Notes: generated from the sequence alone by a model not told the origin. A stretch of 64,000 nucleotides of DNA from Phallusia mammillata (GCA_965637545.1 OZ281500.1:7316001-7380000); one strand, 5' to 3'; positions 12,089-26,377 are shown, numbered from the stretch's first letter. Made by a program: numbers and translations.

Positions 12089-13516
12089 ATGGCGGGAATG
12101 TTTTCAATGCTCAACAACAGCCATATGCGGCTTGACACCGGGCCCAGCGGGTCAGGGTTTTGCAGTTGGGATGACAACAACCAAGGACGTATGACGCCTA
12201 GTCGAACCCCATTGCCCAGTCGTAGAAGTCCTGGATTTGGGCGCGAAAGCTACAGGTTGGTTAGAAAATCGTGAACTGCTGGCGCGCGATTTTTAACACA
12301 TCGTGTAAAATCATTTTCGCTTTGGTCGCTGTGGCGTGTATAATTATAACTTACGCACCAAATAGTTTTAAGGCATCGTATTCGCAAACTTAAAACTTCA
12401 CGCTTCATTGGAATTCAATCCGGATTGGGGCTAGGCCGGTCATCACTTTACCGCTTGTGTCTGCCCAAATTGTCAATTTATAAACAACACGCCCAACCCG
12501 AGCCCCGCTTTTTGGCCCACAAGACTTGAACTTAAAAAGCGAGGTGTCATTGTTTAACCTCAATGCCAAGTACTTAAACGGTTTTAAGTTCCCTTCTCCA
12601 TTGATAAATCTGTGCGTCACGTCAGTAACGGAAAAACGTTACGTGGGTGAAAAGGCGTAGAAAGAAAATCTTAACATTTTAAGCCGTCCTCTTGTGGTGG
12701 TTTTTGCTCCTGTTTAAAGAATTCTCAAATTCGCCATGACAAATTCTAGCATATATAGCCCTGACATAAATCTCCGAGCTAAAACACGAAAAAAACATGC
12801 TGTATAATAACCTCTTCGTACTTAGGATTCATATCGTTTGTTTTGTGATATATCATTTCGTATACATTTAATTGATGGACGTGGGCGCATTGGCTACGAA
12901 TTCTTGCTGCTGTGGTTTCAATCAAATCCAAATCTACACGTAAATACTTGACTACATATTCGAGAGGGTGCAGAGTTGAATGTAAAAAATGGCAAAATCC
13001 GTGTTTCCTTTGTTTTAGAAGTGACCATTCGTCAGGTTACTATAGCCGTTGTTCGTAGTGTCCTTGTAAGGATGGTGTCAATCACCAATTTACAGACCAG
13101 AACCACAAAAGGAAACGTCAATTGTCCCTGTTAGAGTGTTGGGCCGAAAATATACTTCTAGCTATAATAATCTTGTTCGCATTGTTCACTCATGTTGGTG
13201 CTCCAAAATAGTCTATTGTGTTGTACTCTATTGGAAAATACTCTATTGTATCAGATGGTCAGCAAAAAAACGTGTTGACAATACGATTGAGGAAATGTTG
13301 TCACCAACAATACGGCACATTTTAAGTGAAAATAAGAACTTATCCCGAAGACTAAATGCCTGCTTGGTGGCACACGATACCACTCGCATGTTTAGACTCA
13401 AACACAAACCAAAGTTTGAATTGTTTTCAAAACATCCGACGACCTCCATGCCCGAACCTCGCAGCAACTTTATTGACGCGTCAACTTTAGGCCCTAGCAT
13501 TACAAATACACCATAA
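12089..13516 (+). CDS. Putative two-exon orphan gene (12089-12255, 13255-13516), about 142 aa, unknown function
   Basis: ATG in ccgtcATGG context; donor TACAG|gttggt and acceptor gtatcag|A join in phase 2 to give MAGMFSML...RESYRWSAKKRVDNTIEEMLSP...ITNTP*. No recognised domain. Confidence 0.5.
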
Positions 13517-14055
13517 GTCAGTGCGTCATTTGTTAAACCTTGTCATTAGCATAGTTTACCACTTTAAAGGAATACCATGTTGCATTGATTTGAACTTACA
13601 CTTGAGTTAGACTTTCAGGGTCGTCGAAAGCGTTTTTAGGCACTTAAAGTGTTGTCACTACTAGAAAGTTGTGGGGAAAAACGTGTTATAGTGCTTTCAT
13701 TTGCGCCAATCCTCTCGTTATCGACCAATAATGATTACAAAACAAATTTTACGTCTGTTGATATGACAAGTACATGCATATAAGTAACTCTAGAGAAGTG
13801 TATTCTAAATATCACGGCGATGTAGCCACTATAACCCAGCCAACGTGAGATTTTCACGGTAGAGATGGCAACATCCACAAAACCTTTCGTTGTCAGAGGT
13901 GGTTAACCACAGACAAGCGATATTTTATATTAGATCGCATTTAAAGGCTAATTTTATATTTTAATGGGTCTTGGGTATACGTGTACAACATTTTGATTTG
14001 CACTTTGCTAGATACGAAACTGAAGTTTATGTAACTTTGTTATTGCAGCCCGGGA

Positions 14056-17000
14056 ATGAAGCAGAGCATGCGACGCGATCGACTGCCAAGACATTTGCGT
14101 CGAAAACGGTGAGGCATTTCACACACAACAACAATCTGTATTATATCTATGATTAAGTAATGCAAACCAGATGGTGCAATTTTTAATCTCTGATTTTATA
14201 CAGCATTCAGTTCTGTACGTTGTTTTACTTGCATCGCATCATGAACTTGCCAAGATGTAAACGGAAACATATCAGTATAAGGGAGTTTTCATCCGCCTGT
14301 TCGGTGTAAATATAGCTATAGGCGTTGAGAGGTGTGGGGAAATTCTTTGCATTTTTATTGGATCGTTACAAATAGATTTTCTTTAAATTTTCGGATGAAT
14401 AACGCAAAAAAAACGAATTTCAAATTTATAACACAATTGTAATAGCAAAGTTGTTAACATCGAACGGTGTATCCTTAAAATAGACGGCGTAGACTCACGA
14501 CAATCCACAAAACACATAATTCAAGCCACCATCCGTTAAACAGCAGTGGTGTGTCGCCTCATCGGCGTGCAACGCTTGTCAGACGTCAGTTTCCAAGCCT
14601 GTCAAACCACAAGTATCTTCCGTTTCAGTGCGTTTAATAATTACAGAACAAGCGTTTTAAATATGGAGCTTTGTATGTGATATGTGGTTTGGTTTGTCAT
14701 CGCGTTTTTTTTTGTATATTGCCAGGTTTGAACTTCACCCTATTCTACGAAGAAGCGTCTGCACGCTCATTTTAGCCGTTCTTTTCGTCTTTATCGGTAC
14801 TGGATTTATATTGGTGGATCAACTCGCCTTTAACTACGCAGTAGGTCGAAATATTCCCAGCCCTTACCTATGTACAAAATTTCCTCTGGGTTCCAATGCC
14901 GTTAAAAAGGCAAAACTCTTCCTATTATAGGGAGAACCATAGTTTCGTTTTCATTTTACAGGATTTTTTTTTACTTTTTCCCAATTTACTGAAAAACTAT
15001 CTTGTTAAATATACTTAAAACAATAGTTTTTTTGAGCACATGGTAGGTTAACTTAAAAGATACGTAATTCATCCTTCATTATAGAAGGCGCCATTATGTT
15101 TTTTTTTTAATTTTTATCAAAATCGCTTCTCCATAAGACCTAAATCAAACGGAAAGCATCCACATACCAACAACCACAAATTCACGCTAGGAAGTTATTA
15201 GACAGTGCCACAAATTCACTTAGTGCCATTTTGCCATAACCGTGATGTTTAAGGTCAACAATAGCCTATACACCGTGGCAACAACAATCTTGATCTGGTG
15301 CCTTTAGCCGGCGACACGCGTATTAGAGTGCAGCGAGCCATTTCCATAACATTTTTCTAAGTGCAGTAGTTTATCAGAGGCTTTTATCATCCCTGCGTGA
15401 ATTTGACACAAATCATGCACTTCTCAGACCCTTAATTGTTGACCCAACCTTATGCTTTCGCTGTTTTGTACGTACAGGTATCGATACGCGGTTTTACGGT
15501 TCTCGGAGGTGGCCTTATGTTGGCTATCATAGGATGCCTATGGTTTGGCTACAGCACAAGAAAACTTCGAACCCTGATGCGACGTATCGAGGAGGTTAAA
15601 ACTACCAAGGTGAGATTTCGTCTCCCGCCGTGAATTTTTGTGTTCGGTCAAGGTGATTTACGCCGTCAAGAAAATTGATCACTTGCGCACACAAATTATA
15701 TCCTTGAGACAAGGGTTAACAAACATCCCTAAACGAAAGCTGGCTTTAAAACATAAATCACTCTGTGGTATCAATTTGATTGTTTTACACCTTCATTTTA
15801 CAACAATATTAGTTGCAATGAAAAAGCTACAACAACAAATGGACTCGAATTTCATGTATTATATTTAAGTAGGTGTGAGATTTACAAACGTAATTTTCGA
15901 ATGGTACGTGGGGTATTTCTTTGTTTGGAATGTTCTATTTATAATTAGTAAAATGTCGGACACGTGCAAATTAAATTTGTTAAAGTCAACTATATATATT
16001 CCCGAAATAGCGAAGTAAATCATATTACATGCTTAAACATATGCAACAACTCCATACAGCGGCATAACGACATATTGCGTACAGCAACAATAAATTTTTC
16101 ATTGTCCCAGGCCTTAAATTATGCATGGCTCGTTATAAAGCATTAATATAGGCCGACGTGATTTCAGTAGCAATTAATCCACGTTTTTACCCCGGAACAT
16201 CTAGGAACAATAGCTTTCCCACAGGTCGCATTGGGATTTCCAGGTCTCTGTTCTGATTTTGGTCTGACAGACCGACGACAGATTTATATCAAAACCAATT
16301 TTTTATACTGGTTTTGTTTCAATGCAATCAGTAGTGTTCTTGAAAGAAATGAATTGTGAAAATTTTTTTTCGAAATATGGCAAGCAAAATGTTTTTTTGT
16401 AATTTAAATTTATAAAACCGTTATTTGCAACTTGTGGGTTTCATTTTAACCATTGGGCTTAAAATACAATCACAACTAAGCACGGTGAACGAATAAAAGG
16501 GGGGATGTTTTCCTAAAATTAAAAAATAAAATTTTTTGACTATTTAGGAAAATGTCAAAGGAAAGCGGAGCCTCAACTGTTTTTACTTTCTATACTTTCA
16601 TTTGCAAATTTAATGAAATCCAACCATTTTATATCAACCTTATGTTTTTTTCTCGTTTTAGTCTAGCTTTTGTTATTTTTATTTGTTCTCTAGAGTCTGG
16701 ACTACACTGACTGTACTTGATTATTTTATTTTGTTGTAGATTAAAGAGAAACAAGCTCTTAACGACCTGCAATTGCAGAAAAGCGCAAGAAATGTTGTTC
16801 GCTCTCCTTCGGCTCAATGGCCAAAAGGCGGACAAGCACCAAAAAACAATTTCTCTAAATTCCAGTAAGTTAAATTGTCAACCGTTTTCTCCTATTCTAA
16901 AAAAAACAACTGTTGTCAGGTTTGGTAAGCCGGAAATATATTAAAAAATAGGTGAATATGGCTCAAAATCCCAGTTAGTTATATTGTCAACCGTTTTCTC

Positions 17001-18262
17001 CCATCTAAAAAACAACTGTTGACAGGTTTGGTAAGCCGGAAATATATCAAAAATTAAGTGAATATGGACAGACGGTGGCTGATTAATTTGGGACACGTAC
17101 GTGTTGGCGGTTTTGTTTCGTTTCTTATCGAATAAACGTCAGCGCGTCAGCACAAAGGTGATTACTGCAAGCCGACATTGAACCACCACCAGCTGCCATG
17201 AATCTAAATATGTTACCACATCGGCCCAGCGAAACAATCCGTTTACATACCTTATGCATAATGCAATGCTGTATAACCGTGTAGAATTGCTTTGGCGGTT
17301 TTTTTTGTGTATGTATGGAAGTGGAAGGTAATTAAAAGGAACGTTTTCTCTCTGCCTAATTAAAAAATGATTTGTTTTTGTGTTATTTGTTTATTGACCC
17401 CCTACAACGCATTGGCACCTGGGCAGGCTTTAAAAAACGCTCTATGTGGGGCAATATAGTCCCTTTGAAAAAATTTTCGAAAACGAATGGTTCGTAGTGG
17501 TAAAAGGCAGCGACAATGGTTCAGGCCACAGCTGCATAATCGGTCGACTAAGGTTGTAAGTCGGGCCGGGCTTCGGCCTTCGGGTATTTTAACCAACGGG
17601 CTTGATTCGGGCCTGACTTAACATTCTGTGTCAGTAATTTTAAACATAAATTGCCTAGCTAAGTAACTAGTTGCTGAATTTAACCTACTGCCCAATAGCC
17701 CTAAAACGTCTTATTTAGGCCATTGTCTAATATTGTCCATTGTGTATGTACTCTTTAGTGGGCTTCTCAAAAACGATTCAGGTTTGGACCCGCTTACAAC
17801 TCTGCTTTAGAAACATGGTCACAACAAGCATAAACCAGAAAATAGCTACATTAATCCTCATATCATTGAGTCATACATCTAAAAGTGTGTAATTGTCGCA
17901 GATTTAGTTTGACAACTCCCAACGGCAAGCAATCTCATATGATCGGCGATACAGGCATCTCATACAGCAGCGACGATGAAGACGGCGAACGATTTTTACA
18001 CCAAGAAAGTCTTTCCACATTACGAGTTTCCAATCCAGCAGTGGCCAAGATTCGCTATGAGCATATTCCACCATCCCACAACATTGTCAGAAAAACGCAA
18101 TCTCTCGATCGACGAGTATTTGATATGAACTATGAAGTGAAACATTCGCAACGAGACTCGGTCTACTCAGAAATCAGCTGCAAAACTGACCCAACTCCAC
18201 ACAGATGCATAGGGAACGATGCCACTTTATACCTTAGCTGCGACCCGCTGAATGGTGTCTAA
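14056..18262 (+). CDS. Putative two-TM membrane protein; exons 14056-14108, 14726-14840, 15478-15609, one or more unresolved exons, probable last exon 17902-18262
   Basis: First three exons splice in phase: MKQSMRRDRLPRHLRRKRFELHPILRRSVCTLILAVLFVFIGTGFILVDQLAFNYAVSIRGFTVLGGGLMLAIIGCLWFGYSTRK..., with two hydrophobic segments. The last exon is open for 120 codons but needs an intervening phase-0 to phase-2 exon that I could not place. Confidence 0.55.
16862..17067 (+). repeat. Tandem duplication, period about 109 bp, two copies
   Basis: ccagt.agtta.attgtcaaccgttttctcc...ggtttggtaagccggaaatatat...gtgaatatgg at 16862-16960 and 16971-17067. Confidence 0.9.
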
Positions 18263-18271
18263 ATATTGTTA

Positions 18272-18374
18272 TTTTTTTTCTTCGCAGGGTTCGAACCCAG
18301 GACGCTCCCGGGGACGAATCCCTACCAAGGTTTTATATGTCTGTGTATGGGTCAGGCGCCTTAGACCATTTGAC
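18272..18374 (-). mobile_element. tRNA-Leu-like short retroposon (family B) with A-rich tail
   Basis: Minus strand reads GTCAAATGGTCTAAGGCGCCTGACCCATAC...GGGATTCGTCCCCGGGAGCGTCCTGGGTTCGAACCCTG then A-rich; colinear with 46975-47107. Confidence 0.75.
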
Positions 18375-19538
18375 AAAGCTCCTGCCCTAAATATTACGGC
18401 AACAATTAAGCTTGTGCTTGCGAATCTCGTGCGCCACTGTGTGGATTATGTAGCATTTACTGCTTGCTGCTGTGTGGTGCTGTTGAGTTTACGGTGCTGC
18501 TACGGGCAAAGCGAAGTTTTTTCATTTGCACCAAACCACTTTACTGTGGGATAATTTTTAATTTCCGTTTGTGAGAAATATTTCACGTAAGCTGCTTTCC
18601 GCTAGATCGCGCACTAGAGTCAAATTTGCACTGCAGTCGTAAGTTTGGATAGGTATCATCTGGTGCCCGCTAAATTAAATAACGCCAATATACAGTGTTA
18701 ATATTGAAAAGGGTAAATATATGTGCTTTGCCTCTTTGTTGTGATTTGAACACGTGCATTGCTGCACACTCATTTGCTTCTAATGATTTTCGCATTATTA
18801 TTTTTAGACCTTTGTTGACTTTTTGTTTTTTGAATATGATTTGGATTTTACCTGCTTGATGGTCATTTTAACACTTGTGATACTTTCCTATTTTCTTGTT
18901 CATTTTTGTCTTTTTATCGTCCCCTTCTATATAAATTTCGCACTACAGACACAGTGTACTATACAGTAAAGTTGGAAAATTACCAAAAACAAATCAGAAT
19001 TTGTAAGGTAATAGGTAGAAGGTAGATTTTTTGCTATGATACAACAATACGGAAAAGAGTTTCTAAACATCGACAATGCTGTAAAAAAGTGTCGTAATAG
19101 CAGTCCAAATGTGATAAAACAAAAATTGCAACAAGAAGCGTAAAATGGTATTTTTTAGCAAATAAAAATGCCCGCTAGGTGGCGTAGCGTAGCCGAATTA
19201 CCCTCTTCACCGGCTTCGATGATTTTTACATCTCAATTGGTTAATATACCTTACACAAGAAATATTATACATTGCCTTTCTTGATAAGTATCATGACGTT
19301 TATTTTTGATTTTTTTGCCTTCACAAAAAAGGGCACAAAAAAGTTTTAAATCAATTTTAAACACTTCTTCAACAAATGCCAAAAAAGAGAAATGAGCAAT
19401 GTTTTGTTTTTATTGAACTGTATCACAATATTTGTAGCTGTACGCAGCATGAGTTTTACAAAACTAAGTGTTTTGGACAAATCAAATATTTAACACAATA
19501 AATTTGTTTTTGTTCCAAAGCAACAACAAAAAACCTAC

Positions 19539-19734
19539 TCGGTTTGTTTCGGTCGAAGTGTGAAACGTGCCACGGGCCAGATCCGCAACTGCGCACGTGA
19601 CTAAGGCCTCCGACTGGCTTTGTGACGTCAGAGATCGCGATAGTTTTATCGGCGCGGTGGTAAAAAGTAAATACAGCGAGCAAAACAACAAAGGTTGCTA
19701 AAACCACAAGACAAAGACCGGTATGCTGCTGCAT
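19539..19734 (-). CDS. Candidate first exon of a small type II membrane or secreted protein
   Basis: MQQHTGLCLVVLATFVVLLAVFTFYHRADK... hydrophobic N-terminus followed by a good donor (A|gtaggt). Downstream exons not convincingly identified. Confidence 0.25.
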
Positions 19735-20435
19735 GCGACACGAAAGGTGCACACTGCAAAATATTGACAACATTTTTGGTAAAAAGCGAATGTAATAATT
19801 ACACTTTTCAAGACAATTATTGACAGTTTTTAGTCCATGATATGACTTTTCAATTTAGGGTTAAAAATTACCAAACTATTATTGACATGAAAAATAAATC
19901 AATACCAAGTTTTTGTTTATTACTTTTCACACATCTTAAAATCGTACAAACGACATGATATAAACATGTTAGAGAAAATTAACGTAAACCGTGAAATACC
20001 AAAAATGTTCGGAACCCGAAAAGAGTCAAAAATTATTCAAAACAATTCTTGAAAATTTTGCGCCTAATGATCTTTGACAAGAAAACTAAATTCAATAGCA
20101 TTATCTTGGAATGCAAACTTTAGCAGTTAATCTATTTCCGTTACCACAACATCCTAACGAAGCTTCCAATTTGAATCATCGGTTCCGCACGTACGCATTT
20201 ACCCAGAGGCGAGTTATTCGGGGTCACGCCGCGCTGGAATCGACAGCAATCGCTCGCTATTGGCCCGTTGGACAACGCGTATTGTTACGTCACAGTACGC
20301 GACGTGAGCGAGCGACGTACGCAAACATGCGGTTCTGATTTCACAAACATGTTGTTTTGTCAAACTTTTCTGTTTTGGTATTGTCTGAGTTTTCGTGTTT
20401 ATTGTGTGTTATAAGTTTTGATATCTAGGCAAAAT

Positions 20436-20806
20436 TAGGCCTACCATATGTCCTCGATCGTTTTGGAGGACACGTCCTCCTTTTTAACGAAAAGCAAGTT
20501 GTCCTCCAGAGACAACAAAAAATGCCCAAATGTCCTCCTTTTTGAATTTTCTGTATTTACTGAATATTGAAATAACAATTGTGCCTTTAAAAACGGCCAA
20601 AGAGTGTGAGCTGTGGTCATTGTTTATTGAAATTTATTTCTTAGTAAGTTTAAAACTTCATCCAACTTGGCCTTTAATAATTGACTGCGTGGAATTCATC
20701 AAATATCTTGTGCTTTTATTTTCTTGGGCACAAAAGTAGGCTAAGTTTTAATATTCTTTGTCGGGAAAACGTCATCCTTTTTGGTGATTAAAATATGGTA
20801 GGCCTA
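20436..20806. mobile_element. hAT-type MITE, 371 bp
   Basis: 14 bp perfect TIR TAGGCCTACCATAT / ATATGGTAGGCCTA; 8 bp flanks GGCAAAAT / GGCAAAAG (one mismatch); internal repeated TGTCCTCC motifs. Confidence 0.85.
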
Positions 20807-23800
20807 GGCAAAAGAAACTGTATTGCATTACTTTGCTTTGAAAAAACAACATTAACATTTGACCAGGCAATAAATAGCTTAACGCCATTCACAATCCCAT
20901 TTTCAACAAAATTGACCATTTTGTCGTTAAATAGACACTTTGTAGAATATTTAACTCCCAAAATATATTGGTGAAGTTGATATAATTTAGTGGTGTAAGT
21001 GAAACTATACCTAAATTTCTCGTCATTAGTGGGCGCGCTAAAACAGTAGAACTTCAAAATGTATCAGCCAGGTTTTTAAGCGGTACTTGACTTGTAAAAA
21101 AAGACAACGAAAATATTTTGCAAATGATTTCATCACAAAATTTAAATCAACTTTTTTGAATGACATAAATAAAAAAACGGGAAATCAAATATTCCATTTA
21201 TTAAAATACAAGGCCATTTAAATTAAAAAAATTTACATACTAAAAAGTAGTTTAATAAAATTAATACACACTACAAAGTAGTTTAAACAAACACTAAATG
21301 GTAAAAGTCAGCAAGGGTAATAATTTCATTGCTTTAAAATGTTTAAACGAATAAGCATGCTAAACTTGAGTCATCGGTCTGGGCTATGGAGTGCATTTTC
21401 CCTGCCTGACATTAGATGGCAATCTCCAAGTCACGTAGCTTAGTCGTAAAGCGAGCCACGCCTACACTCCCGCAATCTCACCATTTGCGGAAACACTAAC
21501 GTGATACAAGAACCGAGTTTCGGTTGCAGCTTGGTCGGGGTCTTTGCATTTACGATAATGTATCTTAAAATCAAATTGTAACGTCAATAATAACTAGGAC
21601 GTTCAACCCCGTTTCAAGGTCTTGGTTTATTTTGTGGTAAGGCTCGCTATGTCATGTGGTCTTTAAAGAGTGGTGTTGTAATGGTGAAACATTGGCTATG
21701 GTGTATATACTGCCACAAGCAAATAACATAAACTATATTATGTAAAGACAACAGAATACAATGTCAATTTAGCTGGAAAACACCAGGCCAAAATAAGTGG
21801 GCTTTTAGTGTTTATAACTTGGATGGCACCATAACTCGTGCTGTGCGTCACAATGTACTTTGCATAATATCAACCGAAAACGAAAACAGACAATGCAAGG
21901 CATGACAAAAAAAGCTTGACCAGTTGTTGACGCCAGAAATGTGTCGGCCCGCTTGGCGCCTCGCTTGGGGACACGCAGTGGCCGAGCTCACGTAGGCAAC
22001 TTAAAATGGACGCTTGTCATTAGCGAAGTTGTGTCCACAGGCACATATCCGAAATGTCAAATGGCTCAAATTCGAGTACCGTTTTAAAAGCGTCCCGGTA
22101 GTACTTTAATTGAAGTAATTTGGACAGGAAATTTTAAAACGATAATATCGTTAATTTGTGTATCAGCGGACTGTTGTGTTTACAATGCATGCAAACATTG
22201 GTTTGTAATGACTTTTAAAGCAAAAACAAAGAGTGAAATAATACAAGAATAAATTTCGGATTTTAAAACATTTCTGAAAAATGGTAAAAAACATTTTCAG
22301 AAGCACACAGGTGTTCGTTTACACAGCTCAAAAGCCGCCAACTTTCTGTAAATGCGAGATTGGATTAGTGAGATTTTGTCCTTTTTGGGCTTGTAAACAA
22401 ACAACCGAAGCTTACTACGAGGCCACAAGGAAGCGAAACGACTTTAAGGAGCGATGACAAAAGGCCATTCTCCGAAACCGAACCCGCTCACCGCGCAGGT
22501 CACGTAGCACATCGCAACAAAACAGGGGTTTCCCCCACGCACAATTCTCGGCAATCCGGGTTGGCGGAAAAAAACAAGGCGCGACCTAATTCCCCTCGTT
22601 GTCGCGCGCGTTCCATGGATGATTATAGCTTGCTGATGCTGTTGCAAGTCACGTAGCCAGTGCGTCGTTAACAATAAAAATTTAAAAACGTCTCTGCAGC
22701 TCCCAAAAAGTCTTTTTAAGTGTGTCGGCTATCCTGGAATTGACCCTCGATTTGTAACGGCAATTTTATGAATGCATTTAGCTTGATTGTATTTTTTAGA
22801 GCTACTTTCAATATGTTAAACTCGCGGGCTTAGAGTATTGATTCGTTTTTGTCCAAAATGTAAAGATTGGCCTTTGGGGGGTATAGAGAAATAACCGCAT
22901 GACTACGTGAGTTATACCATTTATTTTCATTGACATCGTATAAGCTGAAGTAGCACACAACGCATCGACTCTTATGAACCGTGTGCATAAATATGTTGTG
23001 AAGAACCGAACAAAAGAGGGTTAAATTAGTTTCCCTACGTCAGTGACAGAAGTGCCACGGCCTTTTTTCACCTCAAAAACCCCGAATTAAACAAAGTGTT
23101 GCAAAGTTACACAGTATCACACACGCAAATTTTGACCTAAGTCGAACTTGGCACTTGCCCGTCCTCGAGTACTTCACGCTTGTATTGAACTTTCTGCGCA
23201 GCCGGCGACTTACACAAATACGGAAAGGTTGCATTCGGTCACGCAGGCACGCGGCTGCTTGCCACAGTATGTACAACGTGCATATCGTTGCTTTCAAACC
23301 CTACACTATTGGCCAATAAACATCGGTCCTAATGTTTAACTGCGGTTAACAGGGCGTTGCCAAAAGTCACGTCGACAAAACCAAGAATGCGAACGCTCTA
23401 CAAACGAAGTGTTTCTTCATTTAGCCACTATTCCAATCAAGGTACTCGCCTCAAGGGAAAAGGGTAGATGGATTTATAAGCCATGCATAAATCTTAATGA
23501 TGATCTAGTGTTGATGCGCGCTTCATTGTCATTCATCACAATATCGCATGGCGTGAAAAACAAAGAGTACGGGACCAGGAAACGCTTTGTTCTTCACGAG
23601 ATCAGCTTTGAACAAAGGGAAAGCTTCGAGAAAAATTGTCGCCGTAGTATAAACCAATGCACAACCTCCTTCCGCGTACTCAGGGGCGACAGGTAGCGGC
23701 AAGAGATGACATCTGGTCGATGATTGGCAAATTTGAATGCTCTATTGGGAATTGGTGACATCTTGCCCTATAACCGCGGTACTCGTGTACGCGTGTTGTT

Positions 23801-24558
23801 GTTGGCTTGTCTTATGTAATACATATTTTATGGTCGCCCATTGGGATTTGCATTAGGATCGACTTGCATTAGGAGTAACGAAAAGTTTGTGACGATACCG
23901 GTGCTTTCTGGAACCGTGTTACTGGTGCCCACGCCATGTTAGCTTAAATATAATAGGGTAAATGTCGTATGATAACGATTTTGTGCAACGGTAAGATTTT
24001 TAAGAGTATATTTTATTTACGTACTTGTACCTATAGTTAGGCCTGAAAATCCGGTTCTACCCGTAAATTTATCGACAGTCAAGTTTGGCACGGAACAAAA
24101 AAAAATACAAGTTATGTAACTTCGGTACGTGCCATTATCGTCATACATATCCAAACTTAAACGCCTGTTAAAAGGAAAGAACCACACAAGCCCTTTTTCG
24201 TCAATCCACTGATATAACGAGGACGCCATGGCGAAGCGTATTCTGGCACGTACGCACTATGGACGCTTGTAAACAGATGGGCGCTGGTTGGCGGCCTCTT
24301 GGTGGTGGCGCATGTAGGATCTACACTGCCTACGTGACATCTTTTATGGGCAAAGTGGCTGCGGTCAGTTGCTACAGCAAAAACCAGCCGCTAACGGAAG
24401 GACGCCATTTTTATTTTGTTGAAATTCGTAACTCCAATGAAAACATTTCTAACGCCACAGATGGTGTTATTCTGCACATCGTGACATAAAGTTATGGTTC
24501 AACAGTTTTTAATAAGTTTAATGTATACGGTATAATAAAATCGACGAATATAATGTCC

Positions 24559-24667
24559 TAAATAGACGGAAAAAAGTATTTCCATTTCGATTATGATGGC
24601 ACGAGCTTTTGCCAAAACGTTGGAACAATAAAGCATGTCGCTTTTTACGTCTATTTGTGCCGTTATA
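24559..24667 (+). repeat. Degenerate hammerhead-like / fold-back repeat, same family as 53098-53272
   Basis: ttatgatggcacgagcttttgccaaaacgttggaacaataaagcatgtcgctttttacgtctatttgtgccgttat aligns with the 53.1-53.3 kb element; vestigial inverted arm aaatagacggaaaaaag at about 24560. Confidence 0.7.
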
Positions 24668-26377
24668 TCCTCATCAGTCTTACGAGCAGATTCGTGTGTA
24701 TATTTCAAAGTGTTGAATAATTTACCAGAATGTGTTGTCACTCTTATTCGGCAAATTTCAAGGAACTTCTGCTTTTCAGATGAGAAATCATTAATACGAC
24801 AAAAATGTTGGCATGGTGGGCGAGGTATGTAGAAGTGGCTCGAGCTATAACTTTTCTACTGCTAAATTGTAATTTGAACCACACTGGTCTGTACTTTATT
24901 TTTTGAACATCTCGCGAATACTTAGAATTTATGGCTATGACGCAGGAAAAATGTGGAAAGCGTTGTAAACAAAGTTATTATCGTCATGTGGTCGCTGCAA
25001 CCACGTTTACCCTTTGTTTCAACAAAAGTTTGGTAGGAAGTGGATCTTACGCTTGGGGTATGGTGCAATATACCTTGATGTGAAACCGAAAATAGCTGAT
25101 AAACTATTCTTAGCGTCCATATTCGTTGAGTGACGTGACTCCGTGTCTATGTATTCGTTTAAACTACGCAACGTTTAAACTTATCTTTATGTAAATCATG
25201 TGATTAAGTGCTTCAAATATTTTCTGAACTTCCCTGTAATGTTTAAGAAATATTCAATTTGTAACAACAAAATAAACTAAAGGAACAACCAAATGTATTG
25301 CGGTTCATTAAAGCAGGCGCGAAAAACATGTAAAAAGCAATTATTTGCACGGCGAATAATTCCCTGAACAGAAAACAAAAAACATGAACAAAAAGCTTGC
25401 GATGAAAAAATAGCAGACAAAAAGCAAATCGACAGGTCGGTCGTTTTGAGGAACGATTCTGAGATTGAGGTTGGCCGACTTGTGAGGCTTCAAAATGTTC
25501 CTGGTACGTCAGATGATGATGTCATGCACATAACGTAAGTTCGCGTGACGTCACTACACCTTAAAGCTTATTGAGTAAACGGGACACAAAGAATTAAAAA
25601 GCATGTTTTTGTTACAGACTTTCGTACTGGATATATGTGCTGTTAAACAACGTGCATTGCTAGGCATTGAAAACACTTAAGGCCAGGCAACGGCGATAAG
25701 AACGCAAAGGGCCGTAGTAAATCAGGGTACATGACAGGGTTTGTCCATCCAGCGGACATTTTGCAGCGATTAATAAACTGAACAGCGCGGAGCACGCCTG
25801 AAACCGTAGACGAAACATTGGGCTTGAAATATGAGCTTTGTAGTATGTACGTCAGCGGTAAGTTTGGTTTGAAATTTGATTACTGTATGTACGTTCAGCA
25901 ATACACAAATACATCAATAGGAATTAAGGGATTGCGCATATGAGTAAACTTCGTTTCGCTTACGCAATTCAGATTAGGCAGAAAGACAGCAGCCAATTTT
26001 CACGCGGGGAATGTGCCCAGGCAAACATGCGTCACAGTTTTTTTGCCACATCACCAATACAAATATTTGCAGACAGGCACACTCTTGCACTTGGGACATC
26101 ACGCATGCTTACTGACAGACGTGAAGACAGGTGGTATAGTTGGGACTTGCTGCCAACGAAGAGTCGGAATTTCAGACTTTTGCACCTAGATTCAACACGA
26201 ATATTACACTGCATCCGAAGACCGCAGCAGAAAAAAATAAAGGTTGATCCCATCCACAGTTTGCAAGTGTTCGCATTTTTGCTCACGGCGCCAAACCACT
26301 CCAATAGTATTTCTTTCCTTGCGGGGGCCCACTCGTACAACTTTAGCGACGACGCTTCACATTTACGTCACACATCA

